Shown here: one piece after another, positions 1-9,704 of the stretch
Numbering within the stretch: position 1 is the stretch's first letter
Layout of the letters: every line of letters starts with the position of its first letter
From: Flavobacteriaceae bacterium
GTDB taxonomy: Bacteria > Bacteroidota > Bacteroidia > Chitinophagales > UBA8649
DNA: 64,000 bases
Direction: 5' to 3'
Assembly (NCBI GenBank): GCA_047621945.1
Contig: JBLHMK010000001.1
Coordinates: 22,237 to 86,236, forward strand
Translations under genes and position numbers: made by a program
The notes under the pieces: model-generated
The model's database searches: none
The model's input: the letters and a program-made list of their open reading frames with translations, nothing else
What the model was told of the DNA's origin: nothing

Positions 1-155
1 TGAAGTGGTTTATTGCGCTTGATGCTACAGGAATGTTTAAGGAAGAAAAGAAAGAGAAAAAAGAGAAGAAAGCTGCACCCGTAAAAAAGGCAGTTCCAAA
101 TAAAGAAAAAGCAGCCAAAACTGAAAAAAAGGCCAGCAAAACAAAAAAGAAGTAA
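1..155 (+). CDS. 3' end of an upstream CDS of unknown product (Lys/Glu-rich C-terminal tail)
   Basis: Frame 3 is open from the window edge (KWFIALDATGMFKEEKKEKKEKKAAPVKKAVPNKEKAAKTEKKASKTKKK*). TAA at 153-155 overlaps the next ATG (TAATG). No start in window, so the product is not identifiable. Confidence 0.4.
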   Translation, partial: KWFIALDATGMFKEEKKEKKEKKAAPVKKAVPNKEKAAKTEKKASKTKKK

Positions 156-1873
156 TGAATACAACAACTGCATTAATAGCACCAGATAAGCGTTCGTTTT
201 TACCAGCTGATTTCAAGCTTGGAGAATGGGAGGCATTAGAGCCATATTATAAAACTCTTGTAGATCGAGATATTTCCTCTCAAGATAAATTCGAAGCATG
301 GCTTAAAGATTGGGATGAGTTATATGCTGTTGTAAGTGAGGATATGCGATTAAAGTATGTCAGTACGTCTATTGATACAACAGATGAAGAGGCAAAAAAG
401 GAATTAGAAAAATTCTACATCCATGTTGATCCAAAAATGAAACCTTGGGAAAACAAATTACAACAGATGTTTAATGCAAGCCCATTGAAGGAGAGTTTAC
501 CGGAAGACTTTAAGAATCTCAAAAGAGGTATTGAAAAAGATTTGGCCCTGTTCACAGAAAAAAATATTGAGCTTAGTAAAGATTTGAGCTTGATGGAAAA
601 CGAGTATGCTGAAACCACAGGAGCTTTTTCAATTACTTACCAAGGGAAAGAATTGACTATGCCTCAGGCAGGAGTCTTTATGAAAAAGATTGACCGTAAA
701 GTTCGGGAAGACGTTTACATGCTTTCTCGAGAAAGAGAAAATCAAGATGCAGATAAATTAGATGATTTAATGGATCGTCTGGTTAAAAAAAGACATCAAT
801 TAGCTTTAAACGCGGGGTATGAGAATTATCGCGATTATATGTTTGATGAAAAACATCGCTTTGATTATACTGCCAAGGATTGTGAAGCTTTTCATGAATC
901 TGTAGCTACAGCGATTATTCCTCTTCTTAAAAAAATGGACGACGATAGAAAAGCAGCAATGAAAGTTGATGCTTTGAAGCCCTGGGATATGGTGGTGGAT
1001 CCATTGCAACAAGCTCCACTACAACCTTTTGAGAAAACGGAAGATTTTGTAAGCAAAACAGTAGATTGTTTTAATAAATTGGATCCTTATTTTGGTGCGT
1101 GTATAGCCAATATGTATGAAACTGGAATGCTGGATCTAGAATCAAGAAAAGGAAAAGCTCCTGGTGGATATATGATGGCAATGCCAGAAACAGGTGTGCC
1201 TTTTATCTTTATGAATCATGCTTCTTCAGAAGGCGATGTAAGGGTTATGGTACACGAAGGTGGTCATGCAATACATAGTTTTTTAGATCATGCCATTCCA
1301 TTTGCAAATATGCGTCAAACTCCAAGTGAGGTTGCAGAGTTGGCCTCAATGAGTATGGAGTTATTCTCATTAGAAAATTGGGAAAGCTTTTATCCAAATG
1401 AAAGTGATTTAAAAAGAGCCAAAAGAAATCACCTAGAGGGGTTATTGAAAATGCTACCTAGTGTAGCTAAAGGAGATGCATTCCAACATTGGATGTATAC
1501 GAACCCAGAGCATACTACTCAAGATCGTCGAGCTAAATGGATGGAGTTGAATAAGATTTATGGCACAGGTTTAGTTGACAGTGAAGGTTTGGAAAAATTT
1601 CAAGAAGTAGGATACCAAGGTATTCTACATTTTTATCAAGTTCCTTTTTATTATATTGAATATGGCTTCGCTCAGCTAGGTGCAATTGCCATGTGGAGAA
1701 ACTATAAGTCTGACAAAGAACAAGCAATTACAGCGTATAAAAAAGCACTAGGCTTAGGTTATACTAGAAGTATTCCAGAAATTTATGAAGCGGCAGATAT
1801 TCGTTTTGATTTCTCTGCAGGATACGTAAAGGATTTAGCAGATTTCGTTCAGGACGAACTTAAAAAGTTGTAA
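155..1873 (+). CDS. pepF: M3-family oligoendopeptidase (PepF-like)
   Basis: 572-aa ORF with zinc-binding HExxH motif (MVHEGGHAIHSF) and the length and layout typical of M3B oligoendopeptidase F. Confidence 0.85.
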   Translation: MNTTTALIAPDKRSFLPADFKLGEWEALEPYYKTLVDRDISSQDKFEAWLKDWDELYAVVSEDMRLKYVSTSIDTTDEEAKKELEKFYIHVDPKMKPWENKLQQMFNASPLKESLPEDFKNLKRGIEKDLALFTEKNIELSKDLSLMENEYAETTGAFSITYQGKELTMPQAGVFMKKIDRKVREDVYMLSRERENQDADKLDDLMDRLVKKRHQLALNAGYENYRDYMFDEKHRFDYTAKDCEAFHESVATAIIPLLKKMDDDRKAAMKVDALKPWDMVVDPLQQAPLQPFEKTEDFVSKTVDCFNKLDPYFGACIANMYETGMLDLESRKGKAPGGYMMAMPETGVPFIFMNHASSEGDVRVMVHEGGHAIHSFLDHAIPFANMRQTPSEVAELASMSMELFSLENWESFYPNESDLKRAKRNHLEGLLKMLPSVAKGDAFQHWMYTNPEHTTQDRRAKWMELNKIYGTGLVDSEGLEKFQEVGYQGILHFYQVPFYYIEYGFAQLGAIAMWRNYKSDKEQAITAYKKALGLGYTRSIPEIYEAADIRFDFSAGYVKDLADFVQDELKKL

Positions 1874-1887
1874 AAAAAAGCAAAAAA

Positions 1888-1913
1888 AGATGCCTGGTTG
1901 CCCAGGCATCTTT
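1888..1913 (+). terminator. Putative intrinsic terminator of the pepF-like gene
   Basis: Perfect 10-bp inverted repeat agatgcctgg / ccaggcatct with a 4-nt loop, 15 nt after the stop. It is followed only by a short TTT, so the T-tract is weak. Confidence 0.5.
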
Positions 1914-2024
1914 CCATAGTTTCCCTATAACTATTAACTAATCTACTTCTAATACGTCTAGAGGAATACAAAGGTTGCTTTGAAATAAAAAAAAAGTCAT
2001 AATTTTATATAAATTCTAGTCTAC

Positions 2025-2525
2025 ATGAAAAAAATGATCGTTCAGCAAAGCATAGGTTTAAGCTTTTTCTTATTACTAGTCCTTCTAGTAGCTTGTAATA
2101 AGCAAGAAGAAGAAAAGCCTTTGGGCACAGAACCTATTAATTTTGTTGAACCAGATAGTAGTATCATTTTTGCTGCAGCTGGAGAAATTGTAGATTTTAA
2201 TTTGTACTTGGCTATTGATCAATCGATAGATAGTATTAGAGGGGGGTATTTTATCGATACGGCTATGGGTATTAATAACCTATTGTATAGCGATATGGAA
2301 ACTGAGTTTTTCAATCAAGGTTTTACAGATAGCTTAAATACACAAACGGTTTCGGGAACCATAGAAATGCCATTAGGTAGAAGTGCTTCCATTCCGTTTA
2401 GGCCTTATTTTAGCGGAAGTACTACACCCTTTATCCCTGCTCAATATGATGCGGTTCGTGTGGTGTTCCGTTTGGAAGGCGACACCGTTAGTTACGAAAA
2501 GCAATTGAAGATTATCGTAAACTAA
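2025..2525 (+). CDS. Hypothetical lipoprotein
   Basis: 166-aa ORF. N-terminal signal peptide ends in a lipobox-like LLVAC. No recognisable catalytic motif. Confidence 0.6.
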   Translation: MKKMIVQQSIGLSFFLLLVLLVACNKQEEEKPLGTEPINFVEPDSSIIFAAAGEIVDFNLYLAIDQSIDSIRGGYFIDTAMGINNLLYSDMETEFFNQGFTDSLNTQTVSGTIEMPLGRSASIPFRPYFSGSTTPFIPAQYDAVRVVFRLEGDTVSYEKQLKIIVN

Positions 2526-2529
2526 GCCC

Positions 2530-3174
2530 GTGGGAAAAGTCAGTAAGAATTTACACAACGAAAGAATTAATTACGACAAATCAACTTTGCACATAAGTCA
2601 AGCAAAGAAAAACCCTTTCAAACAATTTGATTTATGGTATCATGAAGCAGCCGAACATGGAGGCTTTGAAGCTAATGCTATGACCTTATCTACGGTTGAT
2701 ACTAAAGGAGTGCCAAGTAGTCGGGTAGTCTTGCTTAAAGAGTATTCAAACAAGGGCTTAGTGTTTTTTACCAACTATATGAGTCAGAAAGGGGAGGAGA
2801 TGCTTAAGAATGACAATGTAAGCTTATTGTTTTTCTATGAGCAAATGCAAAGACAAATCCGAATTACTGGAAAAGTGCAGAAGCTTTCTGACCAAGAAAG
2901 TGAAGCATACTTTAATACAAGACCCATTGAAAGCCAATATGGAGCGATGCTATCTAATCAAAGTCATCGCATAAATAGTAAAGAAGAATTAGAGCAAGAA
3001 TTTAATCGCTTATTGAAGAGTAATAAAAAACCCCAACGTCCTAAACATTGGGGTGGTTATATAGTAAAGCCAAGTTACTTTGAATTTTGGCAAGGAAGAC
3101 CAAATAGGATGCATGATCGCCTATCTTATGCCATCCAAAAAGATGCTTGGATTATAGATTTGTTATCGCCTTAA
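2530..3174 (+). CDS. pdxH: Pyridoxamine 5'-phosphate oxidase
   Basis: 214-aa ORF with GTG start. C-terminal signature FEFWQGRPNRMHDRLSY and length typical of PdxH. Confidence 0.9.
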   Translation: MGKVSKNLHNERINYDKSTLHISQAKKNPFKQFDLWYHEAAEHGGFEANAMTLSTVDTKGVPSSRVVLLKEYSNKGLVFFTNYMSQKGEEMLKNDNVSLLFFYEQMQRQIRITGKVQKLSDQESEAYFNTRPIESQYGAMLSNQSHRINSKEELEQEFNRLLKSNKKPQRPKHWGGYIVKPSYFEFWQGRPNRMHDRLSYAIQKDAWIIDLLSP

Positions 3175-3187
3175 CGAAACTTCGTTA

Positions 3188-3334
3188 TTACTTCTTAGCG
3201 GCAACCTTTGTTTTTGCCTTAGCTTTTTTCTTTTTAGCCGGAGCCACTAAAATGACAGGTCTTTTTGGTCTAGATACACCCCAAGAACCTTGAGATATTT
3301 TACCACGTTTTGTTTTTTTATCGCCTCTTCCCAT
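3188..3334 (-). CDS. 30S ribosomal protein THX (bTHX), 48 aa
   Basis: Absent from the ORF track because it is under 60 aa. Minus-strand translation is MGRGDKKTKRGKISQGSWGVSRPKRPVILVAPAKKKKAKAKTKVAAKK*. The N-terminus fits the bTHX pattern MG(K/R)GD(K/R)(K/R)T(K/R)RGKI..G(S/T)(Y/W)G..RP(K/R) known from Thermus and Bacteroidota. A TAnnTTTG box lies about 35 nt upstream. Confidence 0.8.
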   Translation of the reverse strand: MGRGDKKTKRGKISQGSWGVSRPKRPVILVAPAKKKKAKAKTKVAAKK

Positions 3335-3367
3335 TTTCTACAGATTTTAATTCAATTAATTAGGATA

Positions 3368-3375
3368 CAAAAATA
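3368..3375 (-). promoter_or_regulatory. Bacteroidota -7 promoter box (TAttTTTG) upstream of the bTHX gene
   Basis: The plus strand reads caaaaata, which is TATTTTTG on the minus strand. This is an exact match to the TAnnTTTG consensus described for Bacteroides and Flavobacterium promoters. It lies 33 nt upstream of the ATG. Confidence 0.4.
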
Positions 3376-3380
3376 AAAAA

Positions 3381-3409
3381 ATCCTGCTAAAATCGAATTT
3401 TAGCAGGAT
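3381..3409 (-). terminator. Intrinsic terminator of hup
   Basis: Perfect 13-bp inverted repeat atcctgctaaaat / attttagcaggat with a 3-nt loop, just downstream of the hup stop. It is followed on the minus strand by a T-rich run (tttttttattttt). Confidence 0.75.
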
Positions 3410-3435
3410 TTTAATGTGTGCTAGAGTTTAATTAA

Positions 3436-3705
3436 TTAAACTCTAGAAGATAATTCTTTACCTGGCTTAAACTTTACAACGTTTTTAGCTGCAATGTTAA
3501 TTTCTGCACCAGTTTGAGGGTTTCTTCCTTTTCTTGCAGCTCTATGAGTTACTGAGAAAGTACCGAATCCAACTAAAGTTAACTTGTCACCTTTTGATAA
3601 AGTTCCAGTTACACCATCAGTTACTGCTTCTAAAGCAGCACTTGCTTGTACTTTAGTTAAACCTGCATCTTCAGCGATTTTGCTGATTAATTCACCTTTG
3701 TTCAT
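3436..3705 (-). CDS. hup: HU family DNA-binding protein
   Basis: 89-aa ORF MNKGELISKIAEDAGLTKVQASAALEAV...GFGTFSVTHRAARKGRNPQTGAEI..., a canonical HU/IHF fold sequence. Confidence 0.9.
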   Translation of the reverse strand: MNKGELISKIAEDAGLTKVQASAALEAVTDGVTGTLSKGDKLTLVGFGTFSVTHRAARKGRNPQTGAEINIAAKNVVKFKPGKELSSRV

Positions 3706-3981
3706 AATATTAAAATTTTGGTTAAATAATTTGATAACTCAAAAATACGTGCAATTCCTTTATTGACAAGACTTTCCGTGAATTGCCTATGTTGATAATT
3801 TGTGTTTTAACTAAAGAGGGGTCATGACCTATTTTATTAACATACTGATTGTTAGAGTATTATAAAAATACTTTTTTCTTTTAATTTGTGGATATATTCT
3901 GAAATATATTTTAAAATACCTAGTAAAATCAAGGGTTTTTGCCATTTTGTCCTTGCTAGTTTGTAAGTTTACACGAGAAAT

Positions 3982-4740
3982 ATGGAAAATAAAAGTACAG
4001 ATAGTCGTTACCTTGAATTTGGAAACGGACCCGTCATCGTTCTACTGCATGGATTGTTTGGTGCTTTAAGCAACTTTGAAAAAGTAATTGAACATTTCCA
4101 AAGTAATTATACTGTCCTATTTCCGCAACTCCCTCTTTATACTTCTTCATTACTCAATTCTACAGTAGGTGGAATGGTAGACTTTGTGAAAACCCTTTTA
4201 GAAGAGAAAAATTATAGGAATGTTCATCTAGTAGGAAATTCGCTAGGGGGACATATCGGTTTAGTATATGCTTTACAAAATATAGATCGAGTAACCTCAA
4301 TTACCTTAACCGGTAGCTCGGGCTTGTTTGAAAATTCATTAGGGGATGGATATCCGAATAAAGAGAATTACGATTATATACGAAAGAAAACAGAATATAC
4401 TTTTTATGACTCGACTATGGCCTCAAAAGAATTAGTAGATGAAGTATTTGAAACGGTTAACAATCGAGCTAAAGCGATTCGAGTAATTACATTGGCTAAA
4501 TCTGCTTTGAGACACAACTTAAGAACGGAGCTACAAAAAATTGACATTCCCGTGAATTTAATCTGGGGTAAAAATGATAATATTACTCCATTGTTCGTCG
4601 GTGAGGAGTTTGAAAAACTTATTTCAGATGCAAAACTAGAGGTAATAGATGAATGTGGACATGCTCCTATGATGGAACATCCAGAAAAGTTTAACCAACT
4701 TTTGGAGCAATTTTTGAGTAGAATAGAGATAAACAAGTAA
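3982..4740 (+). CDS. Alpha/beta-fold hydrolase
   Basis: 252-aa ORF. Oxyanion region HGLFG and nucleophile elbow GNSLGG. A C-terminal His (CGHAPMMEHP) is consistent with a Ser-Asp-His triad. Confidence 0.8.
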   Translation: MENKSTDSRYLEFGNGPVIVLLHGLFGALSNFEKVIEHFQSNYTVLFPQLPLYTSSLLNSTVGGMVDFVKTLLEEKNYRNVHLVGNSLGGHIGLVYALQNIDRVTSITLTGSSGLFENSLGDGYPNKENYDYIRKKTEYTFYDSTMASKELVDEVFETVNNRAKAIRVITLAKSALRHNLRTELQKIDIPVNLIWGKNDNITPLFVGEEFEKLISDAKLEVIDECGHAPMMEHPEKFNQLLEQFLSRIEINK

Positions 4741-4742
4741 GA

Positions 4743-5402
4743 TTGATCGCAAAATACGCCATAGAAGAAAGTATACCTTATCTGAAGATAACAGACAACA
4801 TAGAGTTTGCTGTAGAATTGATGGAGGAGTTTAAACAAGCTCACTTACCTGTTCTGCATGGCAAGGAACTTGTTGGGGTAGTTTCCGAACAACAATTACT
4901 AGATGCGGAAGGAGTTGAAAAAATAAGCGAGTTGGCTTTTCCATTAATAAAAATAGCAGTGGACGAGCATACTCATCTGTTCGATGCCATGAAAGCAGGT
5001 TTTGAAAGTCATAGTAGTGTACTTCCCGTTATTAATAAAGAAGGGAGCTACATCGGTTTGATTTCTCCTCGAAGTCTACTTATTAAGTTGTCTGAATTTA
5101 ATTTCGTTCGAGAATCCGGTGGAATTTTTGTTCTAGAAGTGCCATCACAGGATTATTCGCTTGCCGAGATTTCGCGTTTGGTTGAATCTAATAAAGCTTC
5201 GGTGCTATCTATTGCCACAGCACCTATTGACGATTCAGATAAAATACAAGTAACAGTTAAGGTTAGTACCTTGGACTTGACTTATATTATTGCTACTCTT
5301 GAACGTTATAATTATATGGTGACGAATATTTTTCATCAGGCAGAACAAATCGATCAGCTTAAAGAGCGTTATGATTCATTGATGCACTATTTGAATGTGT
5401 AA
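4743..5402 (+). CDS. CBS domain-containing protein
   Basis: 219-aa ORF with TTG start 3 nt after the preceding stop. Two CBS-like repeats (HLPVLHGKELVGVVS and VLPVINKEGSYIGLIS). Confidence 0.7.
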   Translation: MIAKYAIEESIPYLKITDNIEFAVELMEEFKQAHLPVLHGKELVGVVSEQQLLDAEGVEKISELAFPLIKIAVDEHTHLFDAMKAGFESHSSVLPVINKEGSYIGLISPRSLLIKLSEFNFVRESGGIFVLEVPSQDYSLAEISRLVESNKASVLSIATAPIDDSDKIQVTVKVSTLDLTYIIATLERYNYMVTNIFHQAEQIDQLKERYDSLMHYLNV

Positions 5403-5456
5403 GCTTACTTTTCATTTCTCCTAAGCTAAATTGAAGTATTCCCTTATCTTTGCTCT

Positions 5457-6335
5457 ATGCATATAGCCGTATACGGACGAAAGTTAAAGCCAAATGCTAC
5501 AGAACACGTAGCTCACTTTTTTAAGCTTTTAAAAGCAAAGGGGATTTCCTATACGGTATACAGTCCTTTTCAAAGACATTTGATAAATGACCATCAACTA
5601 CAAATTGATGATGACGTTTTTACCAAGAAAAAGGAAATTACTAAATCCATAGATTTTGTATTTAGTTTAGGCGGTGATGGTACAATCCTAGATATAGTAA
5701 GCTGGATAGGTAAAAAAGAAATTCCCGTTGTAGGAATCAATTTTGGACGATTAGGATTCTTAGCTAGTATTTCAATAGCCGATATAGAAGAGTCTTTAAA
5801 TGCTATTATTGAAGGTAAACATGTGATCGATGGTAGGAACTTAATTCAATTGGAGACCAATAAGAAGTTGTTTGGCAATTCTTCTTTTGCCTTGAATGAG
5901 TTTACCGTGCAACGAGTAGAAACTTCCTCTATGATTACTGTGCACGCTTTTTTAAATGGTCAACATCTAAACTCTTATTGGGCGGATGGTCTTATCATTG
6001 CAACCGCTACAGGTTCTACCGGTTATTCTTTAAGTTGTGGTGGGCCCGTAATTTATCCAAACAGCAAAAATTTTGTAATTACACCTGTTGCCCCACATAA
6101 TCTTAACGTTCGTCCCATGGTAGTTCAAGATGATGTTGAGTTGAAATTGAAAATTGAAGGCAGAAGTAAACGCTTTTTGACAACTTTAGATAGCCGAAAC
6201 AAAACAATAGATGCAAGTTTTGAGCTCACCCTAAGAAAAGCTCCTTTTCAAGCTCAGCTTGTACGGCTTAGTTCTAGTAACTTTGTCAATGCAATTAGAG
6301 AAAAACTGCTTTGGGGAGAAGATTTAAGAAATTAA
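5457..6335 (+). CDS. nadK: NAD kinase
   Basis: 292-aa ORF with the GGDGT motif (FSLGGDGTILD) and the ATATGSTGYSLSCGGP motif typical of NAD kinases. Confidence 0.9.
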   Translation: MHIAVYGRKLKPNATEHVAHFFKLLKAKGISYTVYSPFQRHLINDHQLQIDDDVFTKKKEITKSIDFVFSLGGDGTILDIVSWIGKKEIPVVGINFGRLGFLASISIADIEESLNAIIEGKHVIDGRNLIQLETNKKLFGNSSFALNEFTVQRVETSSMITVHAFLNGQHLNSYWADGLIIATATGSTGYSLSCGGPVIYPNSKNFVITPVAPHNLNVRPMVVQDDVELKLKIEGRSKRFLTTLDSRNKTIDASFELTLRKAPFQAQLVRLSSSNFVNAIREKLLWGEDLRN

Positions 6336-6391
6336 ATCGAATTAAGCTTTTTTGGCACACCTATTGATTGTATAAACCCAAATGAATAAAA

Positions 6392-6922
6392 ATGAAAAAT
6401 TTAGTGTTCCTTTTAGTCGCAATTGTTTCTCTAAGCAGCTGCAAAACGCTGATTCCATTTACTGAAGACCTAAAGAATAGTAATAGTTGGACTGATAATG
6501 AAATTAAGCAGATTCAGTATTACAACTCTGAGCCTATTATCTTAAATCGTCAGCTTAAAAGCAACGAGACAGGTATAGTATCTGGTAAGATTAAAATGGT
6601 TGATGGCAAGGAAGTCGAAGAAATTGTAATAAGAAAAGGTACGCCTGGAATCATTTCAGCACTTCCTGATGGAAGTCGGATGGCAATCAGCTTTGAAATA
6701 GGAGATGACCACTACTTAACTTTTGGAGTGGACAAGAACAGAGGTGGGCGATACTATCTTCGATTGAAAGATTATAAAAAGAACAAATTTGCTGTAGTCT
6801 CATATTTCAATAAAACCTATAATGTAAGCCCACAGGCCTTAACTGCATACTTGCAAGTTAATTTGAAAAAAATCAAAAAAGAACAACTTTCATTGCGTGT
6901 TGCTAAGGGGCGAAAGTTGTAA
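6392..6922 (+). CDS. Hypothetical lipoprotein
   Basis: 176-aa ORF. Signal peptide with lipobox LSSC. No recognisable domain. Confidence 0.55.
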   Translation: MKNLVFLLVAIVSLSSCKTLIPFTEDLKNSNSWTDNEIKQIQYYNSEPIILNRQLKSNETGIVSGKIKMVDGKEVEEIVIRKGTPGIISALPDGSRMAISFEIGDDHYLTFGVDKNRGGRYYLRLKDYKKNKFAVVSYFNKTYNVSPQALTAYLQVNLKKIKKEQLSLRVAKGRKL

Positions 6923-6945
6923 ATTATACCTTAAACTGTTAAGAA

Positions 6946-6973
6946 AGAGCGCTCATATTGAGCGCTCTTTTTG
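6946..6973 (+). terminator. Intrinsic terminator
   Basis: 10-bp perfect stem agagcgctca / tgagcgctct with a 3-nt loop, followed by TTTTT, 24 nt after the stop at 6922. Confidence 0.7.
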
Positions 6974-7045
6974 TTTATACCTTTGATTTTCCGGAACAAA
7001 CATTATCTTTTTTGGAAAAGAGGTATAAATATGTAGTGAATACGC

Positions 7046-7053
7046 TATATTTG
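7046..7053 (+). promoter_or_regulatory. Bacteroidota -7 promoter box (TAtaTTTG) upstream of the ppiD-like gene
   Basis: Exact TAnnTTTG match (tatatttg) 39 nt upstream of the ATG at 7092. No well-spaced -33 TTG was seen. Confidence 0.4.
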
Positions 7054-7091
7054 CACCTCTTAAAGAAGTACAATAAATAAAAAAAATATAA

Positions 7092-9188
7092 ATGGCGGTA
7101 ATAGGCACATTAAGACAGAAGCTCGGTGGAATTTTGATATTCGTAATTGCTCTAGCAATGTTAGCTTTCATCCTTATGGATATGGGGGGTAATGGAAATG
7201 GTCCAGTACGTGGAACCGATGTAGCAAAAGTAAATGGGGAAGCGATTTCTTATGCAGAATTTGACGATCGATTAACTATCAATGAAAATTTCTTAAAGAA
7301 TCAATTGCAAGGGCAAGAATTAACAGATGCTCAGAAAGAAAGTTTACGCACAAGTACCTTCAATGAAGTTATTGGGGAGAAATTGAAAAAAGGATTATAT
7401 GCTGACTTAGGTATTCGTGTAGGAACTGCAGAGAAAAAAGCGATGCTTTTTGATGAAAAATTTCAACATCCAAGTATTACTTCATCTTTTAAAGGAGAAG
7501 ATGGACAATATAGTGCGGCTAATTTTAAGCAGTATTTGGAAACATTGGATTTGGTTGACCAAAACTCTGGTTTAACTGCTGAAGAGAAACGTGCACAATG
7601 GACAAATTTCGAGAAAGCGATCTATAAGGAAAGAGCGGATACGAAATACAATCAGTTGTTAGCACAAAGCACGAATGTGCCAACATGGATGGCAAGTGCG
7701 CTTTACCAAAGTGATAATGCTAGAGCAAATGCTGAGTTTATTTACTTGCCGTTTTCAAGTATAGAAGATGCTGAAGTGAGCTATGCTGATTCAGATTTAA
7801 AAGCTTATATGAATGAGCACAATAATGAATACAAACAAGATGCATCTGTTAATATTAAGTATGTAGCTTACCCAATTACACCATCGTCAGATGACATTCT
7901 AAATGCACAGAACTGGATGGAGGACAAATTCACATCATGGAAAGAAGCGGAAAGTGATTCATTATTTATTATGGCTAGTTCTGAAACTCGATGGAATTCA
8001 AGTTATTTCAAAAATGGTGAATTGGTAAATTTGTTTGCTGATTCAATGTTTAGTCAGCCAGTGGGTTCGTTCTTTGGTCCTACCAAAAATGCAGACGAAT
8101 TTGTAACGTACAAATTAATTGACCGTAAACAAATAGCAGATTCATTAAAAGTAAGACATCTTCTTATTACAGGTGAAGGGTTTACAACACAAGAAGAAGC
8201 ATCTAACCGTATTGATAGTTTGAGAACTTCAATAATTGAAGATGGTGTTCCATTATCTAGCCTAACGGCTAAGTATTCTCAGGATCCATCAAATGCGCAG
8301 AATGGCGGTGACTTAGGTTGGGTTCTTCCAGGTGAAATGGTGCTTCCGTTTAACAAGGCTATTTTCTTTGAAATGAAGCCAGGTGATGTTAAAATGGTAT
8401 ATACCCAGTTTGGTGCACACTTCGTGGAAGTATATAGCTGGGGTACAACAACTCCAGGTGTGAAAGTGGCTACTCTAAATAAATCTATTTTTGCTAGTGA
8501 AGAGACCACTAACGGGATATTTGCTGAAGCAAGTTTGTATTCAGGAAACAATCGTTCTAAAGAAGCCTTTTTAGCCGGTTCGGATAAAGTGAAAGAAGCC
8601 GCCAGTGTAGCTAAAATTTCGAATACTATTCCTAGTTTAGATGGTAATGCACGTGAAATGATTAAATGGGCATTTAATTCAGACAATGGTGACGTTTCTG
8701 CTCCTTTTATGATTGGAGATAATTTCGTAGTTGCATTGCAAGATGGTAAGTCTGAAGAAGGTCAAGCTAATCTTGAAAGTGTGCGAACTATTATAGAAGC
8801 AGAAGTGTTAAAGCAAAAGAAAGCTGAACTTTTAAAAGCTAAATTACAAGGATCAGATTTAAATGCTCTTGCATCATCTAACGGAACAAGTATTCAAACT
8901 GCAAATGATTTATCACTTATTAATGTAACCCTTCCTGGTGTTGGAAATGAGCCTAAGGTGGCAGCTACAGCGGTAGGATTGCCTTTGAATAGTGTTTCTG
9001 GGCCAATTGTAGGTGAAAATGGTGTTTACGTAGTGAAGTCAACTTCTAAAGCAGAAGTTCCTGCAGCAACTGATTTAAGCGCTTACAAATCTAGATCTAG
9101 TTCTTTTTCAGCAGGTGTGCAAGGAAGACTAATTGAAGCCTTGAAAAGTGCTGCGAAAGTAGAGGATAACAGTTTCGACTTTTTCTAA
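7092..9188 (+). CDS. Periplasmic chaperone / peptidyl-prolyl isomerase, PpiD/SurA-like
   Basis: 698-aa ORF. Single N-terminal TM helix (ILIFVIALAMLAFILM), SurA-N-like region and a parvulin rotamase motif (GGDLGWVLPGEMVLPFNKAIF). Confidence 0.8.
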   Translation: MAVIGTLRQKLGGILIFVIALAMLAFILMDMGGNGNGPVRGTDVAKVNGEAISYAEFDDRLTINENFLKNQLQGQELTDAQKESLRTSTFNEVIGEKLKKGLYADLGIRVGTAEKKAMLFDEKFQHPSITSSFKGEDGQYSAANFKQYLETLDLVDQNSGLTAEEKRAQWTNFEKAIYKERADTKYNQLLAQSTNVPTWMASALYQSDNARANAEFIYLPFSSIEDAEVSYADSDLKAYMNEHNNEYKQDASVNIKYVAYPITPSSDDILNAQNWMEDKFTSWKEAESDSLFIMASSETRWNSSYFKNGELVNLFADSMFSQPVGSFFGPTKNADEFVTYKLIDRKQIADSLKVRHLLITGEGFTTQEEASNRIDSLRTSIIEDGVPLSSLTAKYSQDPSNAQNGGDLGWVLPGEMVLPFNKAIFFEMKPGDVKMVYTQFGAHFVEVYSWGTTTPGVKVATLNKSIFASEETTNGIFAEASLYSGNNRSKEAFLAGSDKVKEAASVAKISNTIPSLDGNAREMIKWAFNSDNGDVSAPFMIGDNFVVALQDGKSEEGQANLESVRTIIEAEVLKQKKAELLKAKLQGSDLNALASSNGTSIQTANDLSLINVTLPGVGNEPKVAATAVGLPLNSVSGPIVGENGVYVVKSTSKAEVPAATDLSAYKSRSSSFSAGVQGRLIEALKSAAKVEDNSFDFF

Positions 9189-9203
9189 AGTAAAACGAAA
9201 ACA

Positions 9204-9701
9204 ATGGAAAATAAAGTAGCAATAAAAGCTATAGAAACCATTGACCTATTGCAACTAATTAACGTGAATAACTTAAAAGGCTTAGACTTAAAGCCTTTTT
9301 TGTTTCAGGGTCTATTGTTACGCGAAAAGGACTACCGAAATACGCTTAAAGAGTACGATTTTAGTGATTTCAAGGGAAGTTTGGTCTATCTACATTGTAG
9401 TAGTGATGCTATTATCCCTATGTGGGCCTACATGTTGTTAGCATCTTATCTCACTGATTTAGAGATTCCCCATATCTTTGCAGTAGATAAAAATGAAGCC
9501 ATTAACCTTTTTATTTCCGAAGCAATCACTCATCTAGATATAAATTATTTTGAAGGAAAACGAGTAGTAATTAAGGGCTGTAGTGGAAAAATAAAGATTA
9601 ACGAACAGAACTATATAAAACTAACTCAAAAATTGAAACCAATCGTGAAAGCCATTTCTTATGGTGAAGCTTGCTCCATGGTTCCAATTGCGAAAAACTA
9701 A
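9204..9701 (+). CDS. Conserved hypothetical protein
   Basis: 165-aa ORF tightly packed between the ppiD-like gene (15-nt gap) and the next gene (3-nt gap). No motif recognised. Confidence 0.5.
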   Translation: MENKVAIKAIETIDLLQLINVNNLKGLDLKPFLFQGLLLREKDYRNTLKEYDFSDFKGSLVYLHCSSDAIIPMWAYMLLASYLTDLEIPHIFAVDKNEAINLFISEAITHLDINYFEGKRVVIKGCSGKIKINEQNYIKLTQKLKPIVKAISYGEACSMVPIAKN

Positions 9702-9704
9702 TTC

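Noticed and set aside
6953-7171. Minus-strand 72-aa ORF spanning the 6922-7092 intergenic region and the ppiD-like start.
   Set aside because: It runs through the plus-strand terminator and promoter box and overlaps the ppiD-like N-terminus. It has hydrophobic low-complexity sequence and no supporting signals.
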